Source: Propionibacteriaceae bacterium
GTDB lineage: Bacteria; Actinomycetota; Actinomycetes; Propionibacteriales; Propionibacteriaceae
Reading direction: 5' to 3'
Assembly: GCA_031268515.1 (NCBI GenBank)
Contig: JAIRXC010000011.1
Coordinates: forward strand, 1 to 53,423
DNA length: 53,423 nucleotides
Shown: positions 17,562-28,658 of the stretch, in pieces
Layout of the letters: the number at the start of each line of letters is the position of its first letter
Numbering within the stretch: the stretch's first letter is position 1
The notes under the pieces: generated by a model
Databases searched by the model: none
Seen by the model: only the letters and a program-made list of their open reading frames with translations
What the model was told of the DNA's origin: nothing
Program-made: the position numbers and the translations under genes

Positions 17562-18709
17562 GAACAGGCCGCCTCCGCCGTCGGGGCAAGTTGGACCGCC
17601 GTCGGGATGTCGGCGCCAGGGAATCGGACAAAGGTGCGGCCTAGGCCGCTGCCGGCGATCTCCACTGGCCAGGCTGTTCCGGCCGGGTCGAGGACGCAGC
17701 CGTCGGTCTGGCCGACGGCCTTGACCGCCGCCGGCGGCAGCGGGTAGACGGTCACCGGCTCGGCCAGGCGATAGACGGCGGCAGCCGACCGGCTGGGGTC
17801 GGCCCGCTGGGCGGCCGCTGTGGCCGTGGCGGCCAAGGCCGGCAGCTGGGCCGAGTCGGCCACCTCGCCAGTCTCGGTCAGCGGCAGGACTAGCTCGTCC
17901 ACCACGGCGACCCGAGGCCCGGGCAGGGCGCCGGCGTCCGTCTGGCTGATCCGGGCGGCGGCCAGTTGGCCGGCCGTCTCGGCCAGCGTGGCGCCGGCTT
18001 GGACCGTCCCGCCGACCAGGATCGGGCAAGCGGAGACGACGACCTCGGGGTCCGGCAACCAGACCAGGTTGGCGCGGGACAGGCCGGTGGCGGAGAACGC
18101 CGCCCCGGCCGTCTGGGCGACCGCCCGGTAGGCCTCGGCCAACGACCAGTCGAACGGCCCGCTGAGTTCGACCGGCTGTCCCAGCCGGGCCAACTCCTGG
18201 CGCAGAGCGTCCACGTCGGCCCCCTGCGAGCCCACGGCCAAGTCGCGCCACAACGGCGCGCTGGTGTGGAGGGCCAGCAGCCCGGCTCCATCAACCGCCC
18301 AAGGGGTGGTTCCCGAGGTCAGGACAACCCCCGGCGCGCAGGCGCTGGCCGTCAGCAAACCGGTCGTTGGGCTGACGACAGCCGGCGCCTCAGCCCAGGT
18401 CAAGATCAGGGCGACAGAGTGGTCATCGGTTGTCGACTCGGCTGTCAAGGGCAACGTCGAGGAGGCCGGGGCCGGCCGCAAAGCCTCCGGCGGCGTCTGG
18501 GACTGCGGGACCAGCCAGAGTGTTGTGACAGCCACCGAGACGATCAGGACGGCCGCAAGGATCAAGGCCGGGGTCAGCACCCGCCTCAGGCCGCCGAATC
18601 GCGTCACCGCCGCCCCTTCTCCGTCTCTGGCCGAGCCAGCGCCAGACGAGCTGCCTGGCCGAGGCGCGGCCCCACCGGTCAACCGAGCCGGCCCAGCCGC
18701 GCCGTCCAC
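17558..18709 (-). CDS. Membrane-anchored peptidoglycan-binding / periplasmic-adaptor-like protein of the ABC exporter
   Basis: One N-terminal TM helix, then a PG_binding_1-like segment (GSQGADVDALRQELARLG), then a beta-rich C-terminus. First gene of the three-gene exporter operon. Confidence 0.65.
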   Translation of the reverse strand: MDGAAGPARLTGGAAPRPGSSSGAGSARDGEGAAVTRFGGLRRVLTPALILAAVLIVSVAVTTLWLVPQSQTPPEALRPAPASSTLPLTAESTTDDHSVALILTWAEAPAVVSPTTGLLTASACAPGVVLTSGTTPWAVDGAGLLALHTSAPLWRDLAVGSQGADVDALRQELARLGQPVELSGPFDWSLAEAYRAVAQTAGAAFSATGLSRANLVWLPDPEVVVSACPILVGGTVQAGATLAETAGQLAAARISQTDAGALPGPRVAVVDELVLPLTETGEVADSAQLPALAATATAAAQRADPSRSAAAVYRLAEPVTVYPLPPAAVKAVGQTDGCVLDPAGTAWPVEIAGSGLGRTFVRFPGADIPTAVQLAPTAEAACS

Positions 18710-18722
18710 GACCGCTGACTTG

Positions 18723-19460
18723 TCATTTTATGGCTTTGTCCCAGCACTCCTGGAAGCCGGGGCCACGATCCGGGCCGTAGAGGGAGGTCTCCCCCTCACC
18801 GCTGCCGCTCTCCGTCCCTCCCTGAGAGGAGAAGTCGGCGAAGAACTCCTCGTAGGCCGTGGATTCCGGGATCAAGTCCGCCTCGATCAAGCAATCATAG
18901 ATGGCGCGCGGAACATGGTTGGGGTCTTGATTGGCCGGGTCGCCGTAGATGTAGCGATACAGACTGTTGACTTGAACGCTAAGTTTGCTGCAATCGGTTA
19001 TGGCCGCCCTCATCTGAGCCCGCTGCTCGTCGGTCTGCTGGGGGTCGGGGAAGGTCTGGAAAATTGTCTCAGCCCCCTCATAAGAGACCTCGGTCGGGAA
19101 ACCCCGCTCCTGCAGGCAGGCCACGGTCAGATTGTTCGCCTCCTTCCAGTCGGCCTCGCTGACCGCGCCTGTCTGGCGGGCTCGCAGCAAGATGTCCCGC
19201 TGGAAATCGGTCATTCCGTCGGGGTCCTCGAACAGGCTGTCGATATAGGCCACTAGGAGCGGGGCGACCGAGGTTGTGGGATCACCAGCCGCGCCATCCG
19301 CCGCCGCGCATCCCACCAAGGCAGCACCGCCAAACAGCGCGACGGCGGCCAAGAGGGAGAGGCGGCCTTCCCGCAGAGCCAACCTCGCTGGGATGCTTGA
19401 GCGGCCAACCAAGCGAGGCGGCTTCACCCATCTCTCGGGGAAACCCTGGGAAGCGCGCAT
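18723..19460 (-). CDS. Lipoprotein, function unknown
   Basis: Signal peptide with lipobox LVGC-AA. The start at MRASQGF is chosen over the longer ORF. Confidence 0.6.
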   Translation of the reverse strand: MRASQGFPERWVKPPRLVGRSSIPARLALREGRLSLLAAVALFGGAALVGCAAADGAAGDPTTSVAPLLVAYIDSLFEDPDGMTDFQRDILLRARQTGAVSEADWKEANNLTVACLQERGFPTEVSYEGAETIFQTFPDPQQTDEQRAQMRAAITDCSKLSVQVNSLYRYIYGDPANQDPNHVPRAIYDCLIEADLIPESTAYEEFFADFSSQGGTESGSGEGETSLYGPDRGPGFQECWDKAIK

Positions 19461-19626
19461 TACGACGATCACCGCCTCCCTTGGCCAACATTGCGCCATT
19501 GACAATGTGTGCATAAGATCACCCGCTCTGGGAGTGATCAAGGGTTAGCCGGGTGATGTTATCAAACTGTGACCTTTCACTGTCCTGCCGCCCGCGCGGA
19601 CCGATCTCGGCCGTCCCGGCCCATCC

Positions 19627-20043
19627 TTACGGCAGGAGTTCCCGTAGGCGCGGCTGGACTTGGCCGCGGGGCCAGATGTCGCCGGTCACCGTGGCCGCGT
19701 AAACCCGCGTGCCGCGAGGCGGCGAGTGGACTCGGCGCAGTTCCACGCTCAGACGCTCCAGGTCGCGGCGCAGCCGGTCGGCTTCGGCCCGCAATTCCAA
19801 GATCCGGCGGACGCCGTTGAGGTTGATGCCCTCGTCCTGGGAGAGGTATTGGACGAGGCGGAGGCGGGTGATGTCCTTGGCCGAGTAGCGCCGGCCGCGG
19901 CCCTTCGTCCGTTTGGGCACGACAAGGCCGAGACGGTCGTAGGTCCGCAGCGTCTGCGGGTGCATGCCGGCCAGGCGGGCGGCCGTCGAGATGAGGAAGA
20001 CCGGCGCCTCGTCGTCGATCACCTGCGGCAGCCGGCCCGTCAT
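19627..20043 (-). CDS. hspR: Heat-shock repressor HspR (MerR family)
   Basis: MerR-type HTH ([26 protein letters not shown]). ATGA overlap with dnaJ. Last gene of the dnaK operon. Confidence 0.93.
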   Translation of the reverse strand: MTGRLPQVIDDEAPVFLISTAARLAGMHPQTLRTYDRLGLVVPKRTKGRGRRYSAKDITRLRLVQYLSQDEGINLNGVRRILELRAEADRLRRDLERLSVELRRVHSPPRGTRVYAATVTGDIWPRGQVQPRLRELLP

Positions 20044-21206
20044 GACGACGCCTTGAGGCGGGCCCGCGGGTCCGGTTCGGCGGCCAGGCGGACGTAGGCC
20101 TGGAGCGCCGCCGCCGCTTCAGCCGTCAGCTCCTGCGGCACCTGGACCTCCACGGTGACAAGCAGATCGGTCGGCCCGGTTTTCTTGGCGAGGCCCTTGC
20201 CGCGGACGCGGAAAGTGCGGCCGTTCGGGGTGCCCGGTGGTATGCGCAGGCGGACGGGGCCGCCGGCCAGCGTCGGCGCCTCGACTTCGGCGCCCAGCGC
20301 CGCCTCCGCGAAGGTGACGGGCAAGGTCACGGTGAGATTGTCGCCCTGACGGCCAAACAAGGGGTGGGGGAGGACGTGTACGACGACGTAGAGGTCGCCC
20401 GGAGCGCCGCCGCCGCTGCCAGCGGCCCCCTTGCCTTTGACACGGATACGCTGCCCGTCGGCCATCCCGGCCGGGATGCGGGCTTGGACAGTTTGGGCCG
20501 AGCGGCCACGGCCCGAACCGGCGCAATCGGGGCAGGGGTCGTCGATGACAAGACCGCGGCCATGGCACTGGGGGCAGGGTTCGGAGACGGCGAAACCGCC
20601 CGACTGGCGAGAAGCCGTGCCGGAACCCTGGCAAGCCGGACAAACCCGCGGTTGGCTGCCCTTGCGCGCCCCCGTGCCCCGGCAACTCGGACAGGGGACG
20701 TCGGAACTCAGCGGCACGGCCACGGCAACGCCTTCGGCGGCGGCGGCAAAGGACACCGTCACCTCGCCTTCCAGGTCGCGCCCGCGGCGGGGGCCACGGC
20801 TGCGGCCAGCCCCGGGACTGCCGCCGGCGCCGCCGAACAGCCCGCCGAACAGGTCGGCGAAACCACCGCCCGCCGCGCCGCCGAAGCCGCCGGCCGCGCC
20901 GCCTAGCAGGTCGTCGAGGCTGACGTTCCCGCTTCCACCGGCGCCGCCGGCTCCGTAACGCAGGCCGGAACCGAAAAGCGAGCGAGCCTCGTCGTATTGC
21001 TTGCGTTTGTCCGGATCAGACAAGACATCATTAGCCTCGGCAGCGTCCTTGAAGCGCCGCTCGGCCTGCTTGTCCCCGGGATTGCGGTCAGGGTGGTTGT
21101 CACGCGCCAGCTTGCGGAAAGCCTTCTTGATGTCGGCCGCCGCGGCGTCTTTCTTGACCCCGAGAACGGCGTAATAATCTTTTTCCAACCAGTCTTTTGT
21201 TGTCAT
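20040..21206 (-). CDS. dnaJ: Molecular chaperone DnaJ
   Basis: J-domain with HPD, a G-rich linker, four CxxCxGxG zinc motifs and a C-terminal substrate-binding domain. Confidence 0.96.
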   Translation of the reverse strand: MTTKDWLEKDYYAVLGVKKDAAAADIKKAFRKLARDNHPDRNPGDKQAERRFKDAAEANDVLSDPDKRKQYDEARSLFGSGLRYGAGGAGGSGNVSLDDLLGGAAGGFGGAAGGGFADLFGGLFGGAGGSPGAGRSRGPRRGRDLEGEVTVSFAAAAEGVAVAVPLSSDVPCPSCRGTGARKGSQPRVCPACQGSGTASRQSGGFAVSEPCPQCHGRGLVIDDPCPDCAGSGRGRSAQTVQARIPAGMADGQRIRVKGKGAAGSGGGAPGDLYVVVHVLPHPLFGRQGDNLTVTLPVTFAEAALGAEVEAPTLAGGPVRLRIPPGTPNGRTFRVRGKGLAKKTGPTDLLVTVEVQVPQELTAEAAAALQAYVRLAAEPDPRARLKASS

Positions 21207-21240
21207 CTATCCTCCTGGCCGGGGCCGCCGCTGGCTAGAC

Positions 21241-22029
21241 TCAGCCGGCTTGGTCTGGCTTGGCTGGGCTGGCTGGGGCGTCCATCACGGCGGCGTCCGC
21301 CGGGCTGTTGCCATCGGCGGCGTCATCTTGGCAATCCGTTTCGGCGACGGCCAAACGGTCCGCTTCGGCGCCGTCAGCTGGGCTGTTGCCGTCGGCGGCG
21401 TCAGCTGGACGGTCCGCCGCGATGGTCTGAACTGGCGTAGGGCCTGTCTCGGCTTCGCCGCCCTCGCCTGCGACCGCCGGCTCATCGGCTTCAGTTTCGC
21501 TGGGGTGGGCCACGGCGACCCGGGCCGGCCGCAAAACCTTGCCTTGGATCGCGTAGCCCGGCTGGAAGACGTCGGCCACCGAGATAACGGCATAGCCAGG
21601 CTTGTCGACAGTCAGCAGGGCCTCGTGGACGTGAGGGTCGAACGGGTCGCCGGCCGCGCCGTATTCGGCCAACCCGTACTTCTGGACGACCTTGGCCAAC
21701 TCGTCCGCCAAGAGCTTGGCCCCGCCCGTCAGCTCGTCGTGGGCACGAGCCGCCGTGATGCCGTCGAGGACCGGCAGAAGGTCCGCCAAGACCGCCTCGA
21801 CGCCGCCTTGACGGGCCTGGGCGCGGTCGCGGTCGACACGCTTCTTGTAGTTGGCGTACTCCGCTTGCAGACGTTGGAGGTCGGCCGTCCGTTCGGCCAA
21901 CAGGTCAGGCGGCGCCGCAGCAACCTCGTCCGACGCTGGTCCAGCGGCGCCAGGGCTGTCGCGCAACTCCTCGACCAGATGCTCCAAGGCGTCATCCCAG
22001 TCGGGTTCGGGGGCCAGCGGGTCAGTCAT
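21241..22029 (-). CDS. grpE: Nucleotide exchange factor GrpE with an acidic repeated C-terminal extension
   Basis: GrpE core ([24 protein letters not shown]). AAGGAG RBS before the ATG at 22029. The tail carries a duplicated AADGNSPAD. Confidence 0.93.
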   Translation of the reverse strand: MTDPLAPEPDWDDALEHLVEELRDSPGAAGPASDEVAAAPPDLLAERTADLQRLQAEYANYKKRVDRDRAQARQGGVEAVLADLLPVLDGITAARAHDELTGGAKLLADELAKVVQKYGLAEYGAAGDPFDPHVHEALLTVDKPGYAVISVADVFQPGYAIQGKVLRPARVAVAHPSETEADEPAVAGEGGEAETGPTPVQTIAADRPADAADGNSPADGAEADRLAVAETDCQDDAADGNSPADAAVMDAPASPAKPDQAG

Positions 22030-22192
22030 GGATCTCCTTCGCACAGATTCCGGCAGCAGCTTTCAAGCCACAGATGATAGGGCGGGAGCCCGTCGTTCTC
22101 GTCCTCGGTCTCCGTCCGCCGGCGGCAAAAAGCCGACGGCAAAGGCGAGGCGAGGGCGGCGACCGCGGGGGCGGGCCCCCGCCCTCATCGGC

Positions 22193-24046
22193 TCACTTGT
22201 CCTCGTCGACGATCTCCGCCTCGACCACGTCGTCGTCAGAGCCGGCGGCCGCCGACCCCTCCGCGCTGGCTTCGGCGTTGGCCTGGGCCTCAGCCTGCTG
22301 CTTGGCCTGAGCCGCCGCGTAAACCGCTTGGCCCATCGCCGCCGCCTTCTGGTTGAGGTCGTCCATGGCCGACTTGACCTCGGCGTCGTTGTCGGTCCCC
22401 TTGAGGACCTCCTTGAGCTTGTCGACAGCCTCCTTGACCGGAGTCTTGACATCGTCGGCCAAAACGGCGTCGTGCTCGGACAACAGCTTCTCGGTCCGGA
22501 AAGCCAAGGCATCGGCCTCGTTGCGCAACTCAACCGCTTCGCGGCGTTTGCGGTCCTCTTCGGCGTGCGATTCGGCCTCGCGCACCATCCGGTCGATGTC
22601 ATCCTTGCCCAGGGCCGAGCCGCCCGTCACCGTCATCGACTGTTCCTTGCCGGTGGCCAGGTCCTTGGCTGAAACGTGGACGATGCCGTTGGCGTCGATG
22701 TTGAAGGCCACCTCGATCTGGGGCACGTTGCGGGGAGCCGGCATGATGCCCGTCAGCTCGAAGTTGCCGAGCGACTTGTTGTCGCGGGCGAAGTCGCGCT
22801 CGCCTTGGTAGACCTGGATGAGCACCGACGGCTGGTTGTCATCGGCGGTCGTGAAGATCTGGGCGCGCCTGGTCGGGATTGTCGTGTTGCGCTCGATGAT
22901 CTTCTCCATGACGCCGCCTTTGACCTCGATGCCGAGAGACAGCGGGGTGACGTCGAGCAAAAGGACGTCTTTGACTTCGCCCTTGAGGACGCCAGCTTGC
23001 AGCGCCGCGCCCAAGGCCACGACCTCGTCTGGGTTGACTCCCTTGTGCGGCTCCTTGCCGGACAGCTCCTTGACCAAGTCGCTGACGGCTGGCATCCGGG
23101 TCGAGCCGCCGACCAAGATGACCTGGTCGATGCGGTCCACCGACGTCTTGGCGTCCGCGATGACGGCGTTGAAGGGAGACCGGCAGCGGTCCAGCAGATC
23201 TTGGGTCAGGCGCTGGAACTCGGCCCTGGTCAGCTTGGCGTCAAGGTGGAGGGGGCCGTCGGCGCCGGCCGTGATGTAAGGCAAGTTAATCTGCGTCTCT
23301 TGGGCGCTCGACAACTCGATCTTGGCCCGCTCGGCCGCCTCTTGCAGCCGCTGGCGCGCCATCTTGTCCTTCGCCAAGTCGATGCCGTGGGAGTTCTTGA
23401 ATTCCTTGACCAGCCAGTCGACGACCCGCTGGTCCCAATCGTCGCCGCCGAGGCGGTTGTCGCCCTTGGTCGCCTTGACCTCGAAGAGGCCCTCGGAGAT
23501 TTCCAGCAAGGAGACGTCGAAAGTGCCGCCGCCGAGGTCGAAGACGAGGATGGTCTGCTCGGGGCCCGCCTTGTCAAGGCCGTACGCCAAGGCGGCGGCC
23601 GTCGGCTCGTTGATGATGCGGTCGACCGTCAAACCGGCGATCTCGCCGGCTTCCTTGGTGGCCTGACGCTCGGCGTCGGAGAAATAGGCCGGGACGGTGA
23701 TGACGGCGTTCGTGACCGGCTCGCCCAGATAAGCCTCAGCGTCGCGCTTGAGCTTCATGAGGACGCGGGCCGAGATTTCCTGCGGCGTGTACTTCTTGTC
23801 GTCAATGCGGACGGACCAGTCCGTTCCCATGTGCCGCTTGACCGAGCGGATGGTGCGGTCGATGTTCGTGACGGCCTGCCGCTTGGCGACCTCGCCGACG
23901 AGGATCTCGCCGCCCTTGGCGAACGCGACGACGGACGGGGTCGTGCGGGCTCCCTCGGCGTTCGGGACGACGGTGGGCTCGCCGCCCTCGAGGACGGCGA
24001 CGACAGAATTGGTGGTGCCGAGGTCGATGCCTACTGCACGAGCCAT
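22193..24046 (-). CDS. dnaK: Molecular chaperone DnaK (Hsp70)
   Basis: 617 aa with canonical Hsp70 motifs ([17 protein letters not shown]). Confidence 0.98.
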   Translation of the reverse strand: MARAVGIDLGTTNSVVAVLEGGEPTVVPNAEGARTTPSVVAFAKGGEILVGEVAKRQAVTNIDRTIRSVKRHMGTDWSVRIDDKKYTPQEISARVLMKLKRDAEAYLGEPVTNAVITVPAYFSDAERQATKEAGEIAGLTVDRIINEPTAAALAYGLDKAGPEQTILVFDLGGGTFDVSLLEISEGLFEVKATKGDNRLGGDDWDQRVVDWLVKEFKNSHGIDLAKDKMARQRLQEAAERAKIELSSAQETQINLPYITAGADGPLHLDAKLTRAEFQRLTQDLLDRCRSPFNAVIADAKTSVDRIDQVILVGGSTRMPAVSDLVKELSGKEPHKGVNPDEVVALGAALQAGVLKGEVKDVLLLDVTPLSLGIEVKGGVMEKIIERNTTIPTRRAQIFTTADDNQPSVLIQVYQGERDFARDNKSLGNFELTGIMPAPRNVPQIEVAFNIDANGIVHVSAKDLATGKEQSMTVTGGSALGKDDIDRMVREAESHAEEDRKRREAVELRNEADALAFRTEKLLSEHDAVLADDVKTPVKEAVDKLKEVLKGTDNDAEVKSAMDDLNQKAAAMGQAVYAAAQAKQQAEAQANAEASAEGSAAAGSDDDVVEAEIVDEDK

Positions 24047-24116
24047 AGTTGCCTCCAGTGGATTTTTGTGCGGTTGCTGATGCTCTTGGCTGGCGCTCTC
24101 AGACGTAAGCCGAGAA

Positions 24117-24163
24117 TTGAGCCTACCACACTCAAGATCAAAGTTGAGCCGATGGTGCTCAAG
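24117..24163. promoter_or_regulatory. Two tandem HspR operators (HAIR) in the dnaK promoter
   Basis: TTGAGC-CTACCAC-ACTCAAG at 24117-24136 and TTGAGC-CGATGGT-GCTCAAG at 24144-24163, 70-117 nt upstream of dnaK. Confidence 0.85.
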
Positions 24164-24170
24164 GCGCGTG

Positions 24171-25742
24171 TCAGTCGTGGACGACGACCGGTGTGCCGTT
24201 CGAAGACCATTCGTAGAGGAAACGAGACTCCGCCTCGCGCATGTTCAGGCAACCGTGCGACTGGGGAGTGCCGATCTGAGAGTCATCGAGCCAATAGGCC
24301 GTGTGGAAACCGTAGTCTTCCCAGAAATAAGTGACCCAGGTGACGTTTGGGATCGAATACGGCGAACCGTCCGCCTCCGTGCCGTTCATGGTCTGAGCCG
24401 GGACCTTGAGGTAGACGTAGTAGACGCCCGTCGGCGTCGGGGTGCCCTCTTTGCCGGAGGAGATGATGTAGCTGGCGACAACGTGACTGCCTTCAAGGAG
24501 GGTCGTCGTCTGGCTCGACAAATCGACATCGATCCATTTGCCGCCAGTCGGGGCCGGGCCGGACAGCTGGCTCTCGATCGTCGCCGGCGGGGTTTCTGAG
24601 ACCGGGACGGTCAGATCAACGTCGAGGCCGTTGTCGAGGGCGGTGGCGACAGCCTCGACGGTGCTCGCCAAATCACCGACGGCGAGGCTGGCCTGGCCGT
24701 TGTCGGCGACCTGGAGGATTTGGCCGTTGGCGTCGGCCACGATGTGACGCGGTTTGCCTCGGCCGGCCCAGGCCGTTTCGAGGCGCTCCCGCAGGCCGGC
24801 GCTGAGGACGGCCTGGTCGCAGAAGACGGCGACATCCCCGACCGCTGGGTCAGGCACGACCGCCGTCCAGGCGGCGATGTCGGCGGGCGTGGCGGTGTAA
24901 GAGCCGCCGGCGCCGTTGGCGAAGCGGAGGGTCAAAGCGAGGCGGCTGTTGGCCTGCTCGGCGGCGGCCAAGGCGGCGACATCCCCTACATCGGGCTCTC
25001 GCTCGACCAAACGCAAGATGGCGACCGGGTTGGACTGGGGCGTCCAAGCGATCTCGTCCAAGGCCTCGCGTATGGAGGCAAGGTCGAAGACGTGGCCCGT
25101 TTGGCCGGGAGCGACGATGTAACGGCCGGTCGCCTCGTCAAAACGGACGGCGGCGTCGGCCGGGGCTGGCTGGCCCGTCTCGAAATGACGGCCGACCCAG
25201 CCGGCCAAGGCGGCCTCATCGGCCGTCAAGCTGAGAGGCACAGCCTGCTTGGACCAGCCGGTGTAATCGGCGATCAGGGAAGGGCCCGTGTCAGCGCTGA
25301 AAACGGCCTTGACCGTCGCCGCGACATCGACGACGGCGCCGAGTTCGGCCAGCCGGACGGTCTGGACGGCGTCCTCGTAGACGACCGTGACCTCCGCCTC
25401 GTCAGCCAAACGGTTGACGACAGCGGTCAGCTCCTGGGTGTTGTAGCCCGCGACGGACAGCGCGCCGACCGTGACGCCGGGCTTGACAGTCGAACCGTAG
25501 GCGCTCAAGGCGAAGGAAGTGTAGGCGACGGCGCCGAGGACGACCGCCAAAGTCAAGGCGAAAACCAAGGCGGCTTTGCCGGGGCGGCGAGGGCGGGCGG
25601 CCCGTTGGGCGGCGGCGATAGTGGCCGGGGTTTCACCGGCTCCGGGCGCGACACGACGGGCCGGCGCCGTCGCCGACCGTCCACCGCTTTGTCCACCGCT
25701 CATCGCCGGCCAGTCTAACGGGGTTTGAGTGGCGAAGCTCAC
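24171..25742 (-). CDS. L,D-transpeptidase (YkuD domain), membrane-anchored
   Basis: N-terminal TM anchor. The C-terminal YkuD domain has the catalytic motif SHGCLNM. Confidence 0.88.
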   Translation of the reverse strand: MSFATQTPLDWPAMSGGQSGGRSATAPARRVAPGAGETPATIAAAQRAARPRRPGKAALVFALTLAVVLGAVAYTSFALSAYGSTVKPGVTVGALSVAGYNTQELTAVVNRLADEAEVTVVYEDAVQTVRLAELGAVVDVAATVKAVFSADTGPSLIADYTGWSKQAVPLSLTADEAALAGWVGRHFETGQPAPADAAVRFDEATGRYIVAPGQTGHVFDLASIREALDEIAWTPQSNPVAILRLVEREPDVGDVAALAAAEQANSRLALTLRFANGAGGSYTATPADIAAWTAVVPDPAVGDVAVFCDQAVLSAGLRERLETAWAGRGKPRHIVADANGQILQVADNGQASLAVGDLASTVEAVATALDNGLDVDLTVPVSETPPATIESQLSGPAPTGGKWIDVDLSSQTTTLLEGSHVVASYIISSGKEGTPTPTGVYYVYLKVPAQTMNGTEADGSPYSIPNVTWVTYFWEDYGFHTAYWLDDSQIGTPQSHGCLNMREAESRFLYEWSSNGTPVVVHD

Positions 25743-25780
25743 AGCCCTTAACCGCCGGCGCCGGGCCAGGAGGCAGAAAA

Positions 25781-25816
25781 GACGGGCCGGCCATCCCCCC
25801 TGGCAGCCGGCCCGTC
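25781..25816 (-). terminator. Intrinsic terminator of sugar ABC operon 1
   Basis: Perfect 11-bp stem GACGGGCCGGC/GCCGGCCCGTC, followed on the minus strand by TTTTCTG. Confidence 0.75.
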
Positions 25817-25830
25817 CGTCTTAGATTAGC

Positions 25831-27108
25831 TTAGCTGACGCCGGAGCGGCGTTTGCTGACGAGGTCAAAAGCCACGGCCAACAGCAGCACCAAACCCTTG
25901 ATCGCCATCTGAGTGTTGGCGTCGATGCCGCGGATCGACAGACCCATGTTGAGGACGCCCATGATGAGGGCGCCGACCATGGCGCCGCCGACCTTGCCGA
26001 TGCCGCCGGAGACCGCCGTGCCGCCGATGAAGCAGGAAGCGATGGCGTCGAGCTCGTAGTTCTGGCCGGCCGCCGCCACCGCCGCGCCAGCCCGCGAGGT
26101 CGTCACAATGGCCGCCACCGCCGCCAGCAGGCCCATGTTGACGAAGAGGAGGAAGTCGACCCGGGCCGTCTTGACGCCCGACAGCAAAGCGGCATTGCGG
26201 TTGCCGCCGACCGCGTAGACGTGGCGGCCGAAGGTCGTCCGGCTGGTCACGAAGGAATAGATGAAGATGAGCGCGCCGACGATCACGAGGACGATCGGGG
26301 TGCCGCCGATCAGGTTCATCGACAAGACCGCTGTGATGAGGAAGATGGCCAGCCCGATGACGCCGAGGCGGATCACCATGACGGTCCTCGACTCCACGGT
26401 CAGGTTGTGCTGGAGCTGCGACTGGCGGCTCCGCAGGGTTGTGATGACAATGGCGGCGATGCCGGCTAGGCCGAGGACCAAAGTGACGACGTCAAAGTCT
26501 TGGCCGAAGGGGCTGCCGGCTTTGAAGAGGAAGTTCAACGGGTTGGCGGCGAAGCCGAGGAAGTTCGGCAGCGAGCCGCCGGCGATCTGGTTGAAGCCGT
26601 GCTCGAAGCCGGCCATCGTGCGGGAGGCCACGATCTGGGCCAAGCCACGGAACAAGAGCATCCCAGCCAAGGTGACGACGAAGGCCGGGATGCGCACGAA
26701 GGCCACCCAGAAGCCTTGCCAGACCCCGACGATCAAACCGAGGCCGAGGCCGACGCCGACGGCCAGATACCAGTGGGAGTGCCAGAACGGGTAGGTGAAC
26801 ATGAGCCAGCCGACGACGCCGCCGATGAAGGCGACGACCGAGCCTACGGACAAGTCAATGTGGCCGGCGATGATGACCATGAGCATGCCGAGAGCCAAGA
26901 TGAGGACGTAGGCGTTTTGCTGTACCAGCGTCCACAAGTTGTTCGGCATGAGGATGCGCCCGTCCGTCCAGACGGCGAAAAAAATGACGATGAGGACGAG
27001 GGCCAACATGATGCCGTATTGGCGGAGGTTCTCCCCCAGCAAGGCTCTGAGGCCGCCGCCTTTGGGGCTGTCGTCAACCGCGGCCATGAGGCCAGACTGA
27101 TCGGTCAT
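25831..27108 (-). CDS. Monosaccharide ABC transporter permease (GguB/XylH-like)
   Basis: Multi-TM ribose/xylose-family permease. The ATG at 27108 overlaps the ATPase stop (ATGA). The upstream extension of the track ORF is Arg/His-rich junk. Confidence 0.9.
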   Translation of the reverse strand: MTDQSGLMAAVDDSPKGGGLRALLGENLRQYGIMLALVLIVIFFAVWTDGRILMPNNLWTLVQQNAYVLILALGMLMVIIAGHIDLSVGSVVAFIGGVVGWLMFTYPFWHSHWYLAVGVGLGLGLIVGVWQGFWVAFVRIPAFVVTLAGMLLFRGLAQIVASRTMAGFEHGFNQIAGGSLPNFLGFAANPLNFLFKAGSPFGQDFDVVTLVLGLAGIAAIVITTLRSRQSQLQHNLTVESRTVMVIRLGVIGLAIFLITAVLSMNLIGGTPIVLVIVGALIFIYSFVTSRTTFGRHVYAVGGNRNAALLSGVKTARVDFLLFVNMGLLAAVAAIVTTSRAGAAVAAAGQNYELDAIASCFIGGTAVSGGIGKVGGAMVGALIMGVLNMGLSIRGIDANTQMAIKGLVLLLAVAFDLVSKRRSGVS

Positions 27109-28658
27109 GCGTGGGTCTCCGCTTCTTCGTCGGTGGTCTGTGTCATGAGGCGCATGAGCGCTTCCTGGGTGGCGGCGGCGCGGTCCAGGCAACCGGTGAT
27201 ACGGCCGTCGCTCAGCGTGTAGATGCGGTCGCAGACTCCGATCAGCTCGGGCAGCTCGGAAGATATGACGAGGATGCCCTTGCCGGAGTCGGCCAACCGG
27301 TCGATGATCGCGTAAATCTCGTATTTGGCGCCGACGTCGATGCCGCGGGTCGGCTCGTCCAAGATCAAGACGTCCGGGTCGGTGTAGATCCACTTGGCCA
27401 AGACGACCTTTTGCTGGTTGCCGCCGGACAGCTTGCCGGCCGGGACCTCGACGGACGGGGTCCGGATGTTGAGGTCTTTGCGGTAGGTCTCGGCCACGCC
27501 GGCCTCGGCGTCGACCTCGATGACGCCGGCCCGGGCGAGCTGGTGCAGCCCAGCCGAGGTGATGTTCTCTTTGACGGTCTGGATGAGGTTGAGGCCGTAG
27601 CGTTTGCGGTCCTCGGAGGCGTAGGCGAGGCCGTGGTGGATGGCTTGGGTGACGGTTTTCGTCTCGATCCGTTGGCCGTTCTTGTAGACGGCGCCGGAGA
27701 TGCCAGAGCCGTAGGTCTGGCCGAACAGCGACATCGCCAGCTCGGTCCGCCCGGCCCCCATGAGACCGGCCAAGCCGACGATCTCGCCGGCGTTGACAGT
27801 CAAATTAGCGCCGTCGACGATGACCCGTTCATTGTCGATGGGGTGGTGGACGGTCCAGTCCTCGATCCGCAAAATCTCTGGGCCGATCTTCGGCTCATGC
27901 TCGGGGAAACGGTTGTCGAGGGGGCGGCCGACCATGCCGCGGATGATCCGGTCGACCGTCACGTCGGGACCCCGCATGGAGAAGGTCTCGATGGTGCGGC
28001 CGTCGCGGATGATCGTCGTGGTGTCCGCGATGTCCATGATCTCGCCCAGCTTGTGGGAAATCATGATGCAAGTGATGCCCTGCTCCCGCAACTGCCGCAT
28101 GAGAGCCAGCAGATGCTCCGAGTCGTCGTCGTTGAGGGCGGCCGTCGGCTCGTCCAAAATCAACAACTTGACATCCTTGGACAGGGCCTTGGCGATCTCG
28201 ACCAGCTGCTGCTTGCCGACGCCGATGTCGACGACGCGCAGGTTCGGGTTCTCATGCAAGCCGACCTGCTCGAGCAAGTCGACGGCCTGGGCGGTCGTTT
28301 TGCGCCAGTCGATGATCCCGGCTTTGGCCCGCTCATTGCCCAAGAAGATGTTCTCGGCGATGGACAGATAGGGGCTGAGGGCCAACTCCTGGTGGATGAT
28401 GACGATGCCCCGCCGTTCGGAGTCGCGGATCGTCTTGAAATGGCAAGGTTCGCCGGCGTAGACGATCTCGCCGGTGTAGGAGCCGGCCGGGTGGACCCCG
28501 GAGAGCACTTTCATGAGCGTCGACTTGCCGGCCCCGTTTTCGCCGCAGATCGCGTGGATCTCGCCGTTGAAGACCTGGAAGGTGACGTTTTGAAGGGCTT
28601 TGACGCCCGGGAATTCCTTGTTGATGTCACGCATCTCGAGGATGTGGTTATCCGCCAT
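27105..28658 (-). CDS. Monosaccharide ABC transporter ATP-binding protein, duplicated NBDs (GguA/MmsA-like)
   Basis: [31 protein letters not shown], and a second NBD with LSGGNQQK. Confidence 0.93.
   Translation of the reverse strand: MADNHILEMRDINKEFPGVKALQNVTFQVFNGEIHAICGENGAGKSTLMKVLSGVHPAGSYTGEIVYAGEPCHFKTIRDSERRGIVIIHQELALSPYLSIAENIFLGNERAKAGIIDWRKTTAQAVDLLEQVGLHENPNLRVVDIGVGKQQLVEIAKALSKDVKLLILDEPTAALNDDDSEHLLALMRQLREQGITCIMISHKLGEIMDIADTTTIIRDGRTIETFSMRGPDVTVDRIIRGMVGRPLDNRFPEHEPKIGPEILRIEDWTVHHPIDNERVIVDGANLTVNAGEIVGLAGLMGAGRTELAMSLFGQTYGSGISGAVYKNGQRIETKTVTQAIHHGLAYASEDRKRYGLNLIQTVKENITSAGLHQLARAGVIEVDAEAGVAETYRKDLNIRTPSVEVPAGKLSGGNQQKVVLAKWIYTDPDVLILDEPTRGIDVGAKYEIYAIIDRLADSGKGILVISSELPELIGVCDRIYTLSDGRITGCLDRAAATQEALMRLMTQTTDEEAETHA

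Noticed and set aside
16905-18251. 448-aa version of the ABC ATPase ORF with a 230-aa N-terminal extension
   Set aside because: The extension is Arg/Gly/Pro-rich high-GC frame noise and overlaps the well-formed peptidoglycan-binding adaptor gene in another frame. An ATG at 17561 with an ATGA overlap gives a normal 219-aa NBD.
22676-24334. Long antisense ORFs inside dnaK, clpB (5502-6407), both sugar ATPase genes (27111-28874) and the ytf operon (45949-47934)
   Set aside because: These are typical high-GC antisense open frames, rich in Arg/Gly/Asp/Val with no motifs, and each fully overlaps a strongly supported conserved gene on the opposite strand.
27109-27393. N-terminal 94-aa extension of the sugar permease ORF (25831-27393)
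   Set aside because: The extension is His/Arg/Pro-rich junk that overlaps the 3' end of the ATPase gene. The ATGA-coupled start at 27108 gives a standard permease N-terminus.
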